Assembly: GCA_001244265.2 (NCBI GenBank)
Contig: CDLV01000007.1
Span: 2,170,001 to 2,234,000 of the forward strand
DNA length: 64,000 nucleotides
DNA from: Microbotryum violaceum
Lineage: Eukaryota
Reading direction: 5' to 3'
Positions 40,881 through 51,768 of the stretch are shown piece after piece (positions within the stretch are counted from its first letter, which is position 1; every line of letters begins with the position of its first letter). The position numbers and the translations under genes were made by a program. The notes under the pieces were generated by a model that saw nothing but the letters and a program-made list of their open reading frames with translations, ran no database searches and was not told the origin of the DNA.

Positions 40881-41939
40881 GTGGACGATGTGAGAACTGC
40901 GATCGTGCCAAGCTCGCAGGATGAGGCCACCCCTGTAGCCTTCACCTCGCTCACTGCCGCGCTTCGTTCGCTGTCGCCAAGCTTGACTATCCCTTCGCTC
41001 CCGCAACACGCCGCTTTAACTCTACCTACCCCCCACTCGGTACATTCCTTCTCGACTATCACCACTGTCTCGGGTACCAATGCCGAAACGGTCTATGTGC
41101 TCCTGATGATGAAGCCATCCCCCAAGTTTCCTTCGCGGAAGGACGGCCGTGAGCAGCTGTGTCCGCTCGTACTCGTCTCGAACATTTCCGCACATTCCCA
41201 AGAAGGTACCGCTCGTGATCTACTCGTCTTAGCCTATGAACCGAACTCAAAGGAAGACGAGCTACCGACGGAGCTGTTGACGGTCGTCAAAGACTCGCCG
41301 ACGATGATGACTTTGGCCCCCGACGGGACTGTCGTCGACAACGATGCTGCAGACACGATCGTGTTTGGGTTCCCACCCGGTTCGATCGTCCTGACACGAC
41401 CGAATGAAGAAGAAAAAGGGACCGTTGGCAAATCGAGGGGCGCGGCGGCAGGAACGCTGGATTCACGCTTGGCGTCTACCTTGGAAGGAAAGGGGTTCAT
41501 CGAGCAGACGCCGTTTCTTCCCACGATCAGGAAGCTGGAGGTCGGTAGCACCCCCTGGTGGAGGTCACAAATCTGTCGTGGTGATGTAGGTCCTATTCAG
41601 GCTTCTCCGATTCATGCGGCGTGCAATGGGCTGAAACTCTCCTGTTTACCCCGGCAGCACGGCCGGAGCAGCTCGACGCCCGGTTACTGGCAGGGAAACG
41701 CACGCAACGTCCGACGCAATCGAATTCTTCGTCACTTTGCAACATGCAAGCAAGGGATCGTCGCTCCTGAATTGACCGCGTTTGCCATTGCTTGTCTCAA
41801 AGCCGCCGGGCCTGCGAAAAAAGCGACGGTCCATCGTACTTTCCAGTTCAGCTTGCTACCGTTCAAGATCACCGAGACCGACGATTGGCCGACGACGATG
41901 AATCCGCTTGGCGATCAGCAGCACGTGCTCTCGGTTTGA
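40881..41939 (+). CDS. Orphan hypothetical protein (probably spliced; 5' end uncertain, may be decaying)
   Basis: 352-codon ORF starting at GTG, with a plausible internal intron (GTCGGT..GGCAG, ~41541-41657). No family recognised. Confidence 0.35.
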   Translation: MDDVRTAIVPSSQDEATPVAFTSLTAALRSLSPSLTIPSLPQHAALTLPTPHSVHSFSTITTVSGTNAETVYVLLMMKPSPKFPSRKDGREQLCPLVLVSNISAHSQEGTARDLLVLAYEPNSKEDELPTELLTVVKDSPTMMTLAPDGTVVDNDAADTIVFGFPPGSIVLTRPNEEEKGTVGKSRGAAAGTLDSRLASTLEGKGFIEQTPFLPTIRKLEVGSTPWWRSQICRGDVGPIQASPIHAACNGLKLSCLPRQHGRSSSTPGYWQGNARNVRRNRILRHFATCKQGIVAPELTAFAIACLKAAGPAKKATVHRTFQFSLLPFKITETDDWPTTMNPLGDQQHVLSV

Positions 41940-42402
41940 ACATGAACGAATTTCGGATCGTTGTTGTTGGGATCTTACCGAGACGTCTCTTATAAAGCTT
42001 GGCTCCTACATCACTGTTGGTAAAATAGTCGTACTTGATTCCTTAAATTGCTTGTTTGTACAGGAGCTTGGCGGACAAAGGGTCGGAACATGTGCAATGG
42101 CACCGCCTTCTGGCTGCCGTTTTTGGATCAAGCTCGGGCGCCGTCGGCATTGATTGAGATTCATCACCGCTCTTGGCTTTGAGCGCACCTTCGCAAGCCA
42201 ATCTCGACTCACTAACTACCAGAACTGCTTGCGGTGGTGAAAGATCGACCACACTCCCCCCTTCGACCCAGCTCATCCGGAGTCGGACATCATCCCTTCA
42301 GGCTTGAGGTGCCCGGGGCGCGCGCTCGGCGTCGGCGTTGCGCGACCGACGTGACGTGACGGGACCGGGACAAGACGAGGGAACGGGGGGGCATTGATCA
42401 TT

Positions 42403-45400
42403 ATGGCCGACGAGGAACAACCAGCCGCCTCCGTCTCCAGTCTACGGGCGAGGTTCGAGCAACTGCAATCGCCTGTGGCCCCCGGATTGGCCAAGACCCC
42501 ATCAATCCTTGCGAAGCCTGTTCACGCAGCGACAGTGTCTGCGACGACCCAGACGGCCTCAACTTCGCCCGTCGATGACCCTGCCCCCGCAGTGTCCTCT
42601 ACACCGTCCAAACCTAGTGCGAAGCCAGAAGACTCCAATGATGCTTCTCATAAAGTGGACACGGTTAAGGACAAGAAGCCTGCCCCTCCCCCACCGTCTC
42701 GACCTCACTACATTGCCCATCGCGTCGCTCGCGACAACCCATCGCCGAGTGCGATCAACCAACTTCTTTCGTCGACGAATGACTCGACTGTATCGTCCAA
42801 GCAGGACAAACCATCATTCTTAGCTTCATCGTCGTCCGCGGGGTCAGAAAAGCCCGACGCTCGACTGGTGGCATCGGAGAATGGGACTCATGCTTCGACG
42901 CTCAGGCCGGCTCCGACTCCACCACCGAGCCGGTCTCGGGCGAGCTCGACCGCAATTCCACCATCACCAGCAGCAGTTTCCGTCGAACCAGTAGTGGAGA
43001 CTTCAAATTCGAACCCAACTACCTCAGCACCAACACTGAACGCGAAATCGCCTCCACATCCCATCCCACCACTCGCGACTCGACCTACGCTCTCTGGCTC
43101 CTTGGCACCTGACCCGGCCTGTACATCGCCTGCTCGCAAGATCCCTCCACCTGTACCGGCCTCACGGAATCTCAGAGCAGTATCTCCGGGTTCTATTTCC
43201 ACAGTAGGCGCCGAAACGGCTCCTCCTTCGTCCACATCCAGAGCATTGACCCCTGAAAGCTCTTCGACCCCACCGCACTGCGACGCCTCCGTTTCGTCGA
43301 TCGCGCCAAAGTTCAACGGTCCTCAATGGCGGCGACATCGTGCTACGACCGGGTCTAGCGCAGCGCCTACGATCGTCACCTCGATGGCTCCCGATGTCGA
43401 AGACCGCCCGAGCGCCAAAGGTGATCATGCTCCGGAGCATTCGTGCGGATACTCGGACGAAGACGAGGATTCCGAAGATGCGTGTCAAAGCGGTCTCGAT
43501 GACGAAAGCGAACGGATGCGGAGCGAAAGTCCGGAGGATCTACGTGGACCCCAATACTCCGTCAGAGCTCGCCCGGTTGTACCCCAGCGACCGAGCATGG
43601 GTGCAAACTCTTACCCACCGCCGATCTCGGGACCCCTACCACGATCGCCCGCGTCCCCGTTCTCTGCCAGGCCTTTGGCTCCACCAACTCCGACCCGACT
43701 ACCTTCTTCAAGCGCTGAAGTTGGCTTTGTCCGATCAGCGTCCTCGAGCACGAGCTCAGGTTCTATGGATTCCCTACCTCCGCCACCTCGTAAGATTGCA
43801 CCTCCAATCCAAAAGCTGTCCGATCCCGTGCGAGTCACTCCGAAAGTCCCGGCACCTCCGGTCGATCCCATTGCAGCACCTACTTCTTCAATCTCAGTGC
43901 AGCCATTCCTGTTGTCCAAGCCGGCGTACATCCCTCCACCACCTCCGTCTCGGTCCTTGGCCGTCAGTGAGCGACTCGCTCCGCTACGACCCATCATCGC
44001 GTCGACTTTGGAAGACGGTGGTAACTCTTCCGACGAGGGTGACGAAGATTCTTCCATCTACGCGAAAGCACAAGAACTACCCGATGCCACCTTTGCGAAT
44101 CGGCGTCCCCCAACACTGAGGAATCGACGCTCGATCCATCCCCAAGGTCAATTCTACTCTTTCGCTGTGCGAGGGACCAAGCTCGTCACCGGTCAACACC
44201 ACGTCTACATCTGGGGGACCGAGAAGAATTCGACGGCTTCCGATTCGGTTACTTTACCTGGTGAACACAAGGTCTATGCCCTCGAGTTCACCCCCGACCA
44301 AGACGGGAGGTACGTTTGGGCTGGGACCAAGGATGGTCACTTGTTCGAGGTCGACATTATCGAAAAGGAGGTGACGATGATCAGGCACCATGCTCATGGA
44401 GCACCGGTGATTGGGATATATCGTTGCGGGAATGGGATGTTGACGATCGATCATAACGGAAAGGTGTTGGTTTGGGGCGATGTTGGGGAACCTTCGGATG
44501 GAGGGGTTCGGCTGAGCGAGCGGAACAAGGGGCAGAGAGTGCCTGACAAGCAGAACTTGTGAGTCGAGGGAGATTGACGGACGCCAGCCAACGGACACTG
44601 ATCACGCTTTCTCAACGCCTCGATTAGTCACGCCGTCATCGGCACCCAACTGTGGACTTCGTCCGGCCCGGCAACCAAATCTGGCGCTTCGGCTTTCGCC
44701 ATGCGCTCACCTCAGATTCGAGTCTTTGACACCTCCGGATCCCGTCCTTGGACCGTCCTCTCTCGTCCCTTGATCGTTCCGGACGTCGTGGGTCAGATCG
44801 GCGCCGTGACAGCCTCAGCGGTCGTACCCGCCCTGGAACAGTCCGTCTTCCTCGGTCATGACAACGGTTACGTCTCAGTTTGGAACCGAGTCACCTTTGT
44901 GTGTGAAAAGGTCCAACGTATCAGTCCGTTCAAGGCAACGGCCATGGTCGGCATGGGCAAAGACCTTTGGGTCGGGTACAGGAACGGTATAATATCCGTT
45001 TTGGACGTTTCGTCGAGTGACGTGTGGATGGTCAAAAAGATGTGGAAAGCCCATGCTAGCCCCGTGACCAAACTCATCATCGATCCCACCTCACTTTGGA
45101 CGGATTCGACATTGCAAGTCGCAAGTTCGGGGAGCGACATGGTCGTTCACCTCTGGGACGGACTCCTTCGGGATGACTGGCTCGATGCCGAGATGCATCT
45201 CCGACAGCGGGATTATTGTACTTTCCGTTCCATCAAGGCGCTATGCGTATCGTGGAACGTTGATGCCTCAAGACCTGGGGACCTTATGGGCACCCAGACG
45301 AATCTGGACTTTCTCAACGACGTGCTTAGGAGCGTTGACGCACCGGATATCATTTCATTTGGGTTCCAAGAAATGGTGAGTGCAGTAGTGTGCTGGTCAT

Positions 45401-46575
45401 TGACGCTCGGGAACTGACTGGGTCCCTTGATCTATTCACAGATCAATTTGGAGGACAAGAAGCTCACTGCCAGTGAGTGGGAAGACCAAGTCGTCAAGAA
45501 TCTTCCCGTGCGCTGACACGTTTTTTTGGTTGCGTAATCCCATAGAGTCGATGCTTTTGGGAAAGAAAAAAGGCGACCAAAAATTTGCCGACGGTGTATC
45601 GTCGTCGTACCGAGTTTGGCACGACAAGCTCGTGCACGCTGTTCGCCTCGCCATGCCGCCCGAAAGCCCTTACGCCGTCGTCCACGTCGGCGACATGATC
45701 GGCCTTTTCTCGTGCATCTTCGTCAAATGTTCGGAAGCGTTGGCCTTGCGTGACGTGGCGCAGATCACGGTCAAGACGGGGATGGGTGGTCGATATGGTA
45801 ACAAGGGTGCGATTCTTTCCCGGTTCGTCATCGACGACACGTCAATCTGCTTCATCAACTGCCATCTTGCCGCGGGGCAGACTCATCGTCGTCAACGGGA
45901 CCGGGATCTCGTTGACATTCTCGAAGAGAAATCGGCCTTCTCCGAACTTGACGCTCGGTCATTCGGAGCTTATGCTCTCGGGAGTGGTGGCACGACCGTC
46001 TTTGATCACGAGCTAGTCCTCCTTTCCGGAGACCTCAACTATCGTATCGATGCTCGAAGGGACGTTGTCATCCAAGCCGTCAGGGAAGGGAACTATGCTT
46101 CTTTGCTTCCATACGATCAGCTTCGACAAGGCCTGGCGACGAACCAAACGTTCCGCTTGCGGTCGTTCAAGGAACCGCCGATCACTTTTGCGCCGACGTA
46201 CAAGTACGATCCGGGGACGGACGAATACGACACGTCGACTAAGAAGCGGACGCCGGCTTGGTGTGATCGGATCTTGTATCGTCAGTGTTGCTCTGATCTT
46301 GTATATCTTTGGGAGATTCGTACCTTCTGAACCTCCTGTTCTCATGTTTTCCAGGAGCCGATCGAGCCGACAAAGTCACCCCCCTCCCAGACCAATATCG
46401 TCGATGGGAAGTCAACGTATCGGACCATCGACCCATTTCAGCCGCTTTCGAACTTCGCATCAAACGTATCATACCTGATAAACGAGCGTTGGTGTGGAAT
46501 GAAGTGGAGAAGGCTTGGAAGGGCGTGGAGGAGAGTCGTTTGAGCGAGGCGCGGGAGTATTATCGTGGGTGGTGA
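42403..46575 (+). CDS. Inositol polyphosphate 5-phosphatase with Pro-rich N-terminus and WD40-like propeller, multi-exon
   Basis: Catalytic motifs SWNV, FGFQE, KTGMGGRYGNKGA, CFINCHLAAG, GDLNYRI, FAPTYKY, PAWCDRILYR, SDHRPI. Beta-propeller segments lie upstream (VWAGTKDGHLFEV, VFLGHDNGYVSVW). Confidence 0.92.
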
Positions 46576-46641
46576 AGGATGGAGGAAGCGTAACTCCTTC
46601 AATGGGACGTGATTGCAAGTTCTTAAAATCGTAGTATGCTA

Positions 46642-46918
46642 CCAGTGGGAACCCGTTACATTAACGGGAAGATGAAATTTAAATAGCAGGATAATTAAAC
46701 GGCCTGAATGATTTCAGCGCAAAGGTTACAACACCCAATACGAAGTACAGCAAAGAAACAAAATCCTTTCATCTTACGTTCATCGCCGAAACAGCCTGCA
46801 TGTCGCTTGTTGCCGGACTTGGCTTCAAACACTCGTGCAATGAGATCCGATGATTCGGAGTCGCGCGTCATCGTGATGAGAAGCGGAGGCTTTCCATGAT
46901 TGACAACGCATGCCATCG
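46642..46918. mobile_element. Small non-coding dispersed repeat, copy A (terminal hairpin; possibly non-autonomous Helitron-like)
   Basis: Collinear blocks shared with 50221-50239 and 55445-55715, including 23 identical nt at 46777-46799 / 55534-55556. Hairpin CCCGTTA-CAT-TAACGGG at 46652-46668; on the minus strand CTGG ends 10 nt later and is followed by T. Confidence 0.7.
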
Positions 46919-47359
46919 CATCCGAGTCCTGGTGCTATATGTGCATTTCGCGGTGCCTCTCCTGCCTTCACAGCGCAGCGAGCTCGCCGCAGAGCTCTCG
47001 CTCGATCTTGTCGCTCAGTGTCGTGGCACTTGCTCCTAGCCCAGACTTGAGAAACACAGAGGACGCTGACACTGTCCGATTCCGAGTTGGCGACGTTTGC
47101 ACCGGGTGAGTTTACTCCACGGCCCGAATTCGCGCGCAACTCAGGAGTACTGGTCTAGTACGTCTGTGGCCTTACGAGTGATTTCATTACAGCACAGTGT
47201 GGGCCCCATGATAGCTTAAGCTTACGATGAACTCTACTATCGAAAGCTTTGCTGGACATTACACTTTGAGGAACTTTTTTCCGAGGGCTGCAATGGAGCA
47301 GCGCATGATTTAGTTTTCCGCACGGTAGGTCCGAGCTCGAAAACAACTTCGAGCCCAAC

Positions 47360-48639
47360 TCACCTCCTTTGGCTGCGAGAAGAAGGAATGATTTCCTATG
47401 TAGGTAAGTCACATGAATCAAAAAAGATAGAATGAATGAACATGATGCTGTGACTTACGAACTTGGTCCCACGCCGGGAATACCTGAGGCAGCGTCTCCC
47501 AGAACAGCTTCGGGTACGTGACCTGAATAAGTTTCTCCAGTTCTGTGATCCGGTGCGAAAACACCATAAAATCAGCATGACCGCATTCGCCATATCCTCC
47601 AAGATACTCTGAACGCTTACCTTCTGTAACGATCCTATACCCCAGTTCGTTGGGGTGCAAGCCGTCGGGCATGTACTTGACGTATTTCTCCGAACCGAGC
47701 TTGCCTTCCACGACCGCGACTCGATCGATCGCCTCATGCGCATCAACAACAGACAAACCCAATGCCTTGCCCAAGCTTCGAACCAACTCGGCGTATTCCG
47801 CTGCACGTTCAGCCGTCCTTACTTCGTTCGCATCAACGACGATCCCACGGCTAGCCAACTCTTGATCCCATAATTCGGCTGAGAAAGGTGGGCAAGTGAT
47901 AAGGACGATCTCGGGTGGTGAAGGCAAGGATCGAGCCAAGCTGACGAGTGAGCGGAGGTTGTCCTGAAAGTCGACTTCGGAGACGTATTGCGCTGATCTG
48001 GAGGATACGCAGTCGTTCGCACCGAGCCAAATTGTGAGGAGGCGTACTTGGGGAGCGCTCGCCGGTCGAGGGAGGAACTGAATAGGGGTTGCGTATCAAA
48101 GCCATATTCAAAAGTCTGGAGAGAGTCTCGAGTAAACTCAAACTCACCTTTCGGGCAAGGTCAAGGCACCAAGCAGCTGGTGGAGGAGGAGGAGGACAGG
48201 GGTCAGCAAGGGGAGGCCACGGTCAATTATCGGCGGTAAGCGAGGCGGTCGGTCACCCGCACAGTCGGACACTCTTGCGACCGAGCCGTCGCGCACAGGA
48301 CCGTTCAGCAGCTCCGGACGGTGCTCCAACGGCCGACAGATCGATCAGAAGGTATGTTATGATAACTTGCAGTTATAGCCACCGAATCCTCTGTTGAGAA
48401 CGTCGTAGATGCGGGTGTAGCGATGCACGAGCGCCGCCCCCGGCCCACCCGGACCGAAGGCGCCTTGAGTGATTGAGTCCTGAAGGAATACCAAGTGGCA
48501 CAGGAGTGAGCGTGGATTTCCTTAATTGGGATACTAAGATTCAGACGGGGGTGAAATTCTAAAGCACCCCGATCATGATAATTTGATCGTAGGCGAAGGG
48601 ATAAGACGCTTCCGTCACCGGCGCTGCACCGGAGCTCAT
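47360..48639 (-). CDS. IAH1: SGNH/GDSL hydrolase, isoamyl-acetate-hydrolysing esterase (Iah1-like), multi-exon
   Basis: YDQIIMIG|DSITQG (block I), DVLNRGFGGYN|SAW (block II, across GC-AG intron 48370-48177), TIWLGAND (block III), DGLHP (block V). The last micro-exon is approximate. Confidence 0.88.
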
Positions 48640-48712
48640 GGGTGTGCTCATCGAGGAGGCCCCGGGGAGTGAGAAATGTAGCGAAAGAGGAAGATCCGGA
48701 AGGCGAGTGTCG

Positions 48713-50105
48713 TGCAATGTAATGCAATGTAATGCAATGTTAATGCAATGTTAATGCAATGTTAATGCAATGTTGTTAATGTAATGTAATAATGTAATGC
48801 AATTGTTAATGCAATGTAATGCAATTGTTAATGCAATGTAATGCAATGTTAATTCAATGTAATGCAATGTTAATGCAATGTAATGCAATGTTAATGCAAT
48901 GTTTAATGCAATGTAATGTTAATGCAATGTAATGCAATGTTAATGCAATGTTAATGCAATGTTAATGCAATGTTAATGCAATGTAATGCAATGCAATGTT
49001 AATGCAATGCAATTGTTAATGCAATGTAATGCAATTGTTAATGCAATGTAATGCAATGTTAATGCAATGTAATGCAATGTTAATGCAATGTAATGCAATG
49101 CAATGTCAATGCAATGCAATGCAGTGTTAATGCAATGTAATGCAACGTTAATGCAATGTAATGCAATGTTAATGCAATGTAATGCAATGCTAATGCAATG
49201 TATGTTTAATGCAATGTTAATGCAATGTTTAATGCAATGTAATGCAATGTTTAATGCAATGTCAATGTTAATGCAATGTTTAATGCAATGCAATGTAATG
49301 CAATGTTAATGCAATGTTTAATGCAATGTAATGTTAATGCATGCAATACAATGTAATGCAATGTTAATGCAATGTAATGCAATGTTAATGCAATGTAATG
49401 CAATGTAATGCAATGTAATGCAATGTAATGCAATGTAATGCAATGTAATGCAATGTAATGCAATGTAATGCAATGTAATGCAATGTAATGCAATGTAATG
49501 CAATGTAATGCAATGTAATGCAATGTAATGCAATGTAATGCAATGTAATGCAATGTAATGCAATGTAATGCAATGTAATGCAATGTAATGCAATGTAATG
49601 CAATGTAATGCAATGTAATGCAATGTAATGCAATGTAATGCAATGTAATGCAATGTAATGCAATGTAATGCAATGTAATGCAATGTCAATGCAATTGTAA
49701 TGCAATGTCAATGCAATGTAATGCAATGTCAATGCAATGTAATGCAATGTTAATGCAATGTAAATGCAATGTCAATGCAATGTAATGCAATGTTAATGCA
49801 ATGTAATGCAATGTTAAATCAATGTAATGCAATGTTAATGCAATCAATGTAATGCCATGTTAATGCAATGTAATGCAATGTTAATGCAATCAATGTAATG
49901 CAATGTTAATGCAATGTTAATGCAATGTTAATGCAACGTTAATGCAATGTTAATGCAATGTTAATGCAATGTAATGCAATGTAATGCAATGTAATGCAAT
50001 GTAATGCAATGTAATGCAATGTAATGCAATGTAATGCAATGTAATGCAATGTAATGCAATGTAATGCAATGTAATGCAATGTAATGCAATGAATGTAATG
50101 CAATG
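48713..50105. repeat. ~1.4 kb tandem satellite (AATGCAATGT)n with 11-mer variant AATGCAATGTT
   Basis: Pure 10-mer blocks at ~49386-49686 (~30 units) and ~49962-50091 (~13 units), flanked by degenerate 10/11-mers. Confidence 0.98.
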
Positions 50106-50220
50106 AAGAGCCGTTTGGCGTAGGTGGGACAGCACGAGTACGGTGAGGGAAAGGAAGGTGAAAGGAATCCAAGTGCAGTGGGGGACTCGCCTGAACTGAC
50201 CGGTCGCTTGAATCTGCTTG

Positions 50221-50281
50221 AATCCGTTAAATTAACGGGCGGACTTAATTTTGACGCCGATTTGGCCGACTTGAAAAAGGA
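50221..50281. mobile_element. Dispersed repeat copy B, left part (split by LINE insertion)
   Basis: AATCCGTTAAATTAACGGG matches AACCCGTTACATTAACGGG of copy A (17/19). Ends in candidate TSD AAAAAGGA (50274-50281). Confidence 0.65.
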
Positions 50282-50293
50282 AACTCCTATTGG

Positions 50294-51768
50294 ATGGACA
50301 ACAACAACAACACCAACAACGCCAGCCATGCTGCTATACCACCTCTTCGCCCTGACCCTCCCGATCCTCCCGGCCAAGCCCCCGCCACCACCACCAAATC
50401 ATACTCCGCCCCGGTCGGCGCCCGCTCCGCTGCGAAGCACGGAAACGCCACCGCCAACGCCTCGACTGCCGTCGCCGCCCTTCCACTGATGCACAACATC
50501 GAGAATTGTGTCATCATCAACACCCCACCCTCAACCTCGGTCGAGCAAGTCCTCCTCGCGCTTGACAAATACTACCCTGGCCTTACCGGCGCAATGACAT
50601 GCGTCATCAAGGGTCAGCGCGGCCTCCGCTTTCCCAAGGCCGCCGATCTCGACACCCTGGTGGCCAACGGCCTCACTGTTGGCAAGACTCTGTGCAAAGT
50701 CGAGAAGCTGTACAGCTCTACTAGAGGAGGTGTTGTACAATGCACCCTTACGGGCTTTTTCTCCGACCCCGAGGGCCTCTGCCTATTCGATGAGCAGATC
50801 GCTGCCTATGGCACGGTCCTCCGTCGTCGCATCCAGTACATTGGAAAGACGAAACACATCTCTGGGGTGTACGACTTTATCCTTGCCCTTAATGATGTAG
50901 ATGTTCTGCCCCCTGCCTCACTTTCTATTGCTTGTGACGGTGTCACTGAGCGAATCCCACTGAGGATCACCGGTGGCACGCGCCACCGCGTCTTCTGCCG
51001 TTCCGCGGCTCACGTCCGTAAGGATTGCCCCGTCGCCCCGGCGTGCAAGTCCTGCGCGAGCACCTCGCACGCCACCCAGCACTGCCCGGCCCGTCATGTG
51101 TCGAGCCCCCAGGGACCCCCCACGTCACGTGCCCCGCAAGCCTCCACCGTTACCACCGCCGCCCCCGCCGCCGTGTCCAAGTCGATCTCCCCGGCCTCCG
51201 CCCACGACCGCACGACCAAAAAACGTCGAGTGGAACAGGATCTGGCTGCCCAGACTGAAGATCTGTCCAACAGAGCTCAGCCCGATTCTCTGTCGAAGAA
51301 TGCCCGCCCCGAGTTCTCCTTCAATTTCCCTTGCAAAACTGCCACTCCTCCTGCCCCCAGCCTGCCTCCAATCAGGGAATTGCCTACTCCCTCGTTGAAA
51401 AATCCTCCGAGTCCCCCAGCTCAGAGACCACCTCTCCATCCCCAAGCCCTCCTCCGGCCACGCCAAAGTCGATCATAACTCGATCCAAGTCGATTGCCGC
51501 CCTCTCCAAGCCAGCCACTCGTGAAGCCCCTCCCACTGCGCCTGCCCTCGAAGCCTCCGAGCCGAGCCCCGAGCCGTCTTCGCCCACGCCGTTGCCCTCA
51601 GCCGCGCCCAAAGCCCGACCCGATGACGCCGACACCGATGACGAGGCCGACGAAGAAGCCGAAGACCAAGAAGCACCTCCTAAGGACGTGGAAGACGCTA
51701 TGGACCAAGATGATGAGCAAAATCCCAAACGTGTCTTTTGTTGCTGCCAACGTGCAGTCAACCAATGA
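50294..51768 (+). CDS. LINE ORF1 (gag-like, two CCHC knuckles), one frameshift near 51390
   Basis: HRVFCRSAAHVRKDC (first Cys replaced by Arg) and CKSCASTSHATQHC. The Pro/acidic tail continues in the 51331-51768 frame. Confidence 0.8.

Noticed and set aside
46641-47154. ACCAGT...ACTGGT as terminal inverted repeats
   Set aside because: Only 6 bp match and no target-site duplication.
48713-50105. Satellite as CRISPR array, telomere or LINE tail
   Set aside because: No spacers, no G-rich telomeric strand, internal position, and it lies ~175 nt outside the LINE 5' boundary; the LINE has its own A-rich tail.
48973-50377. His/Cys-rich repeat ORFs (LHYIALHCIT)n and (MQCNAML)n
   Set aside because: By-products of the 10-bp satellite. 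All three frames give the same peptide and most start at TTG.
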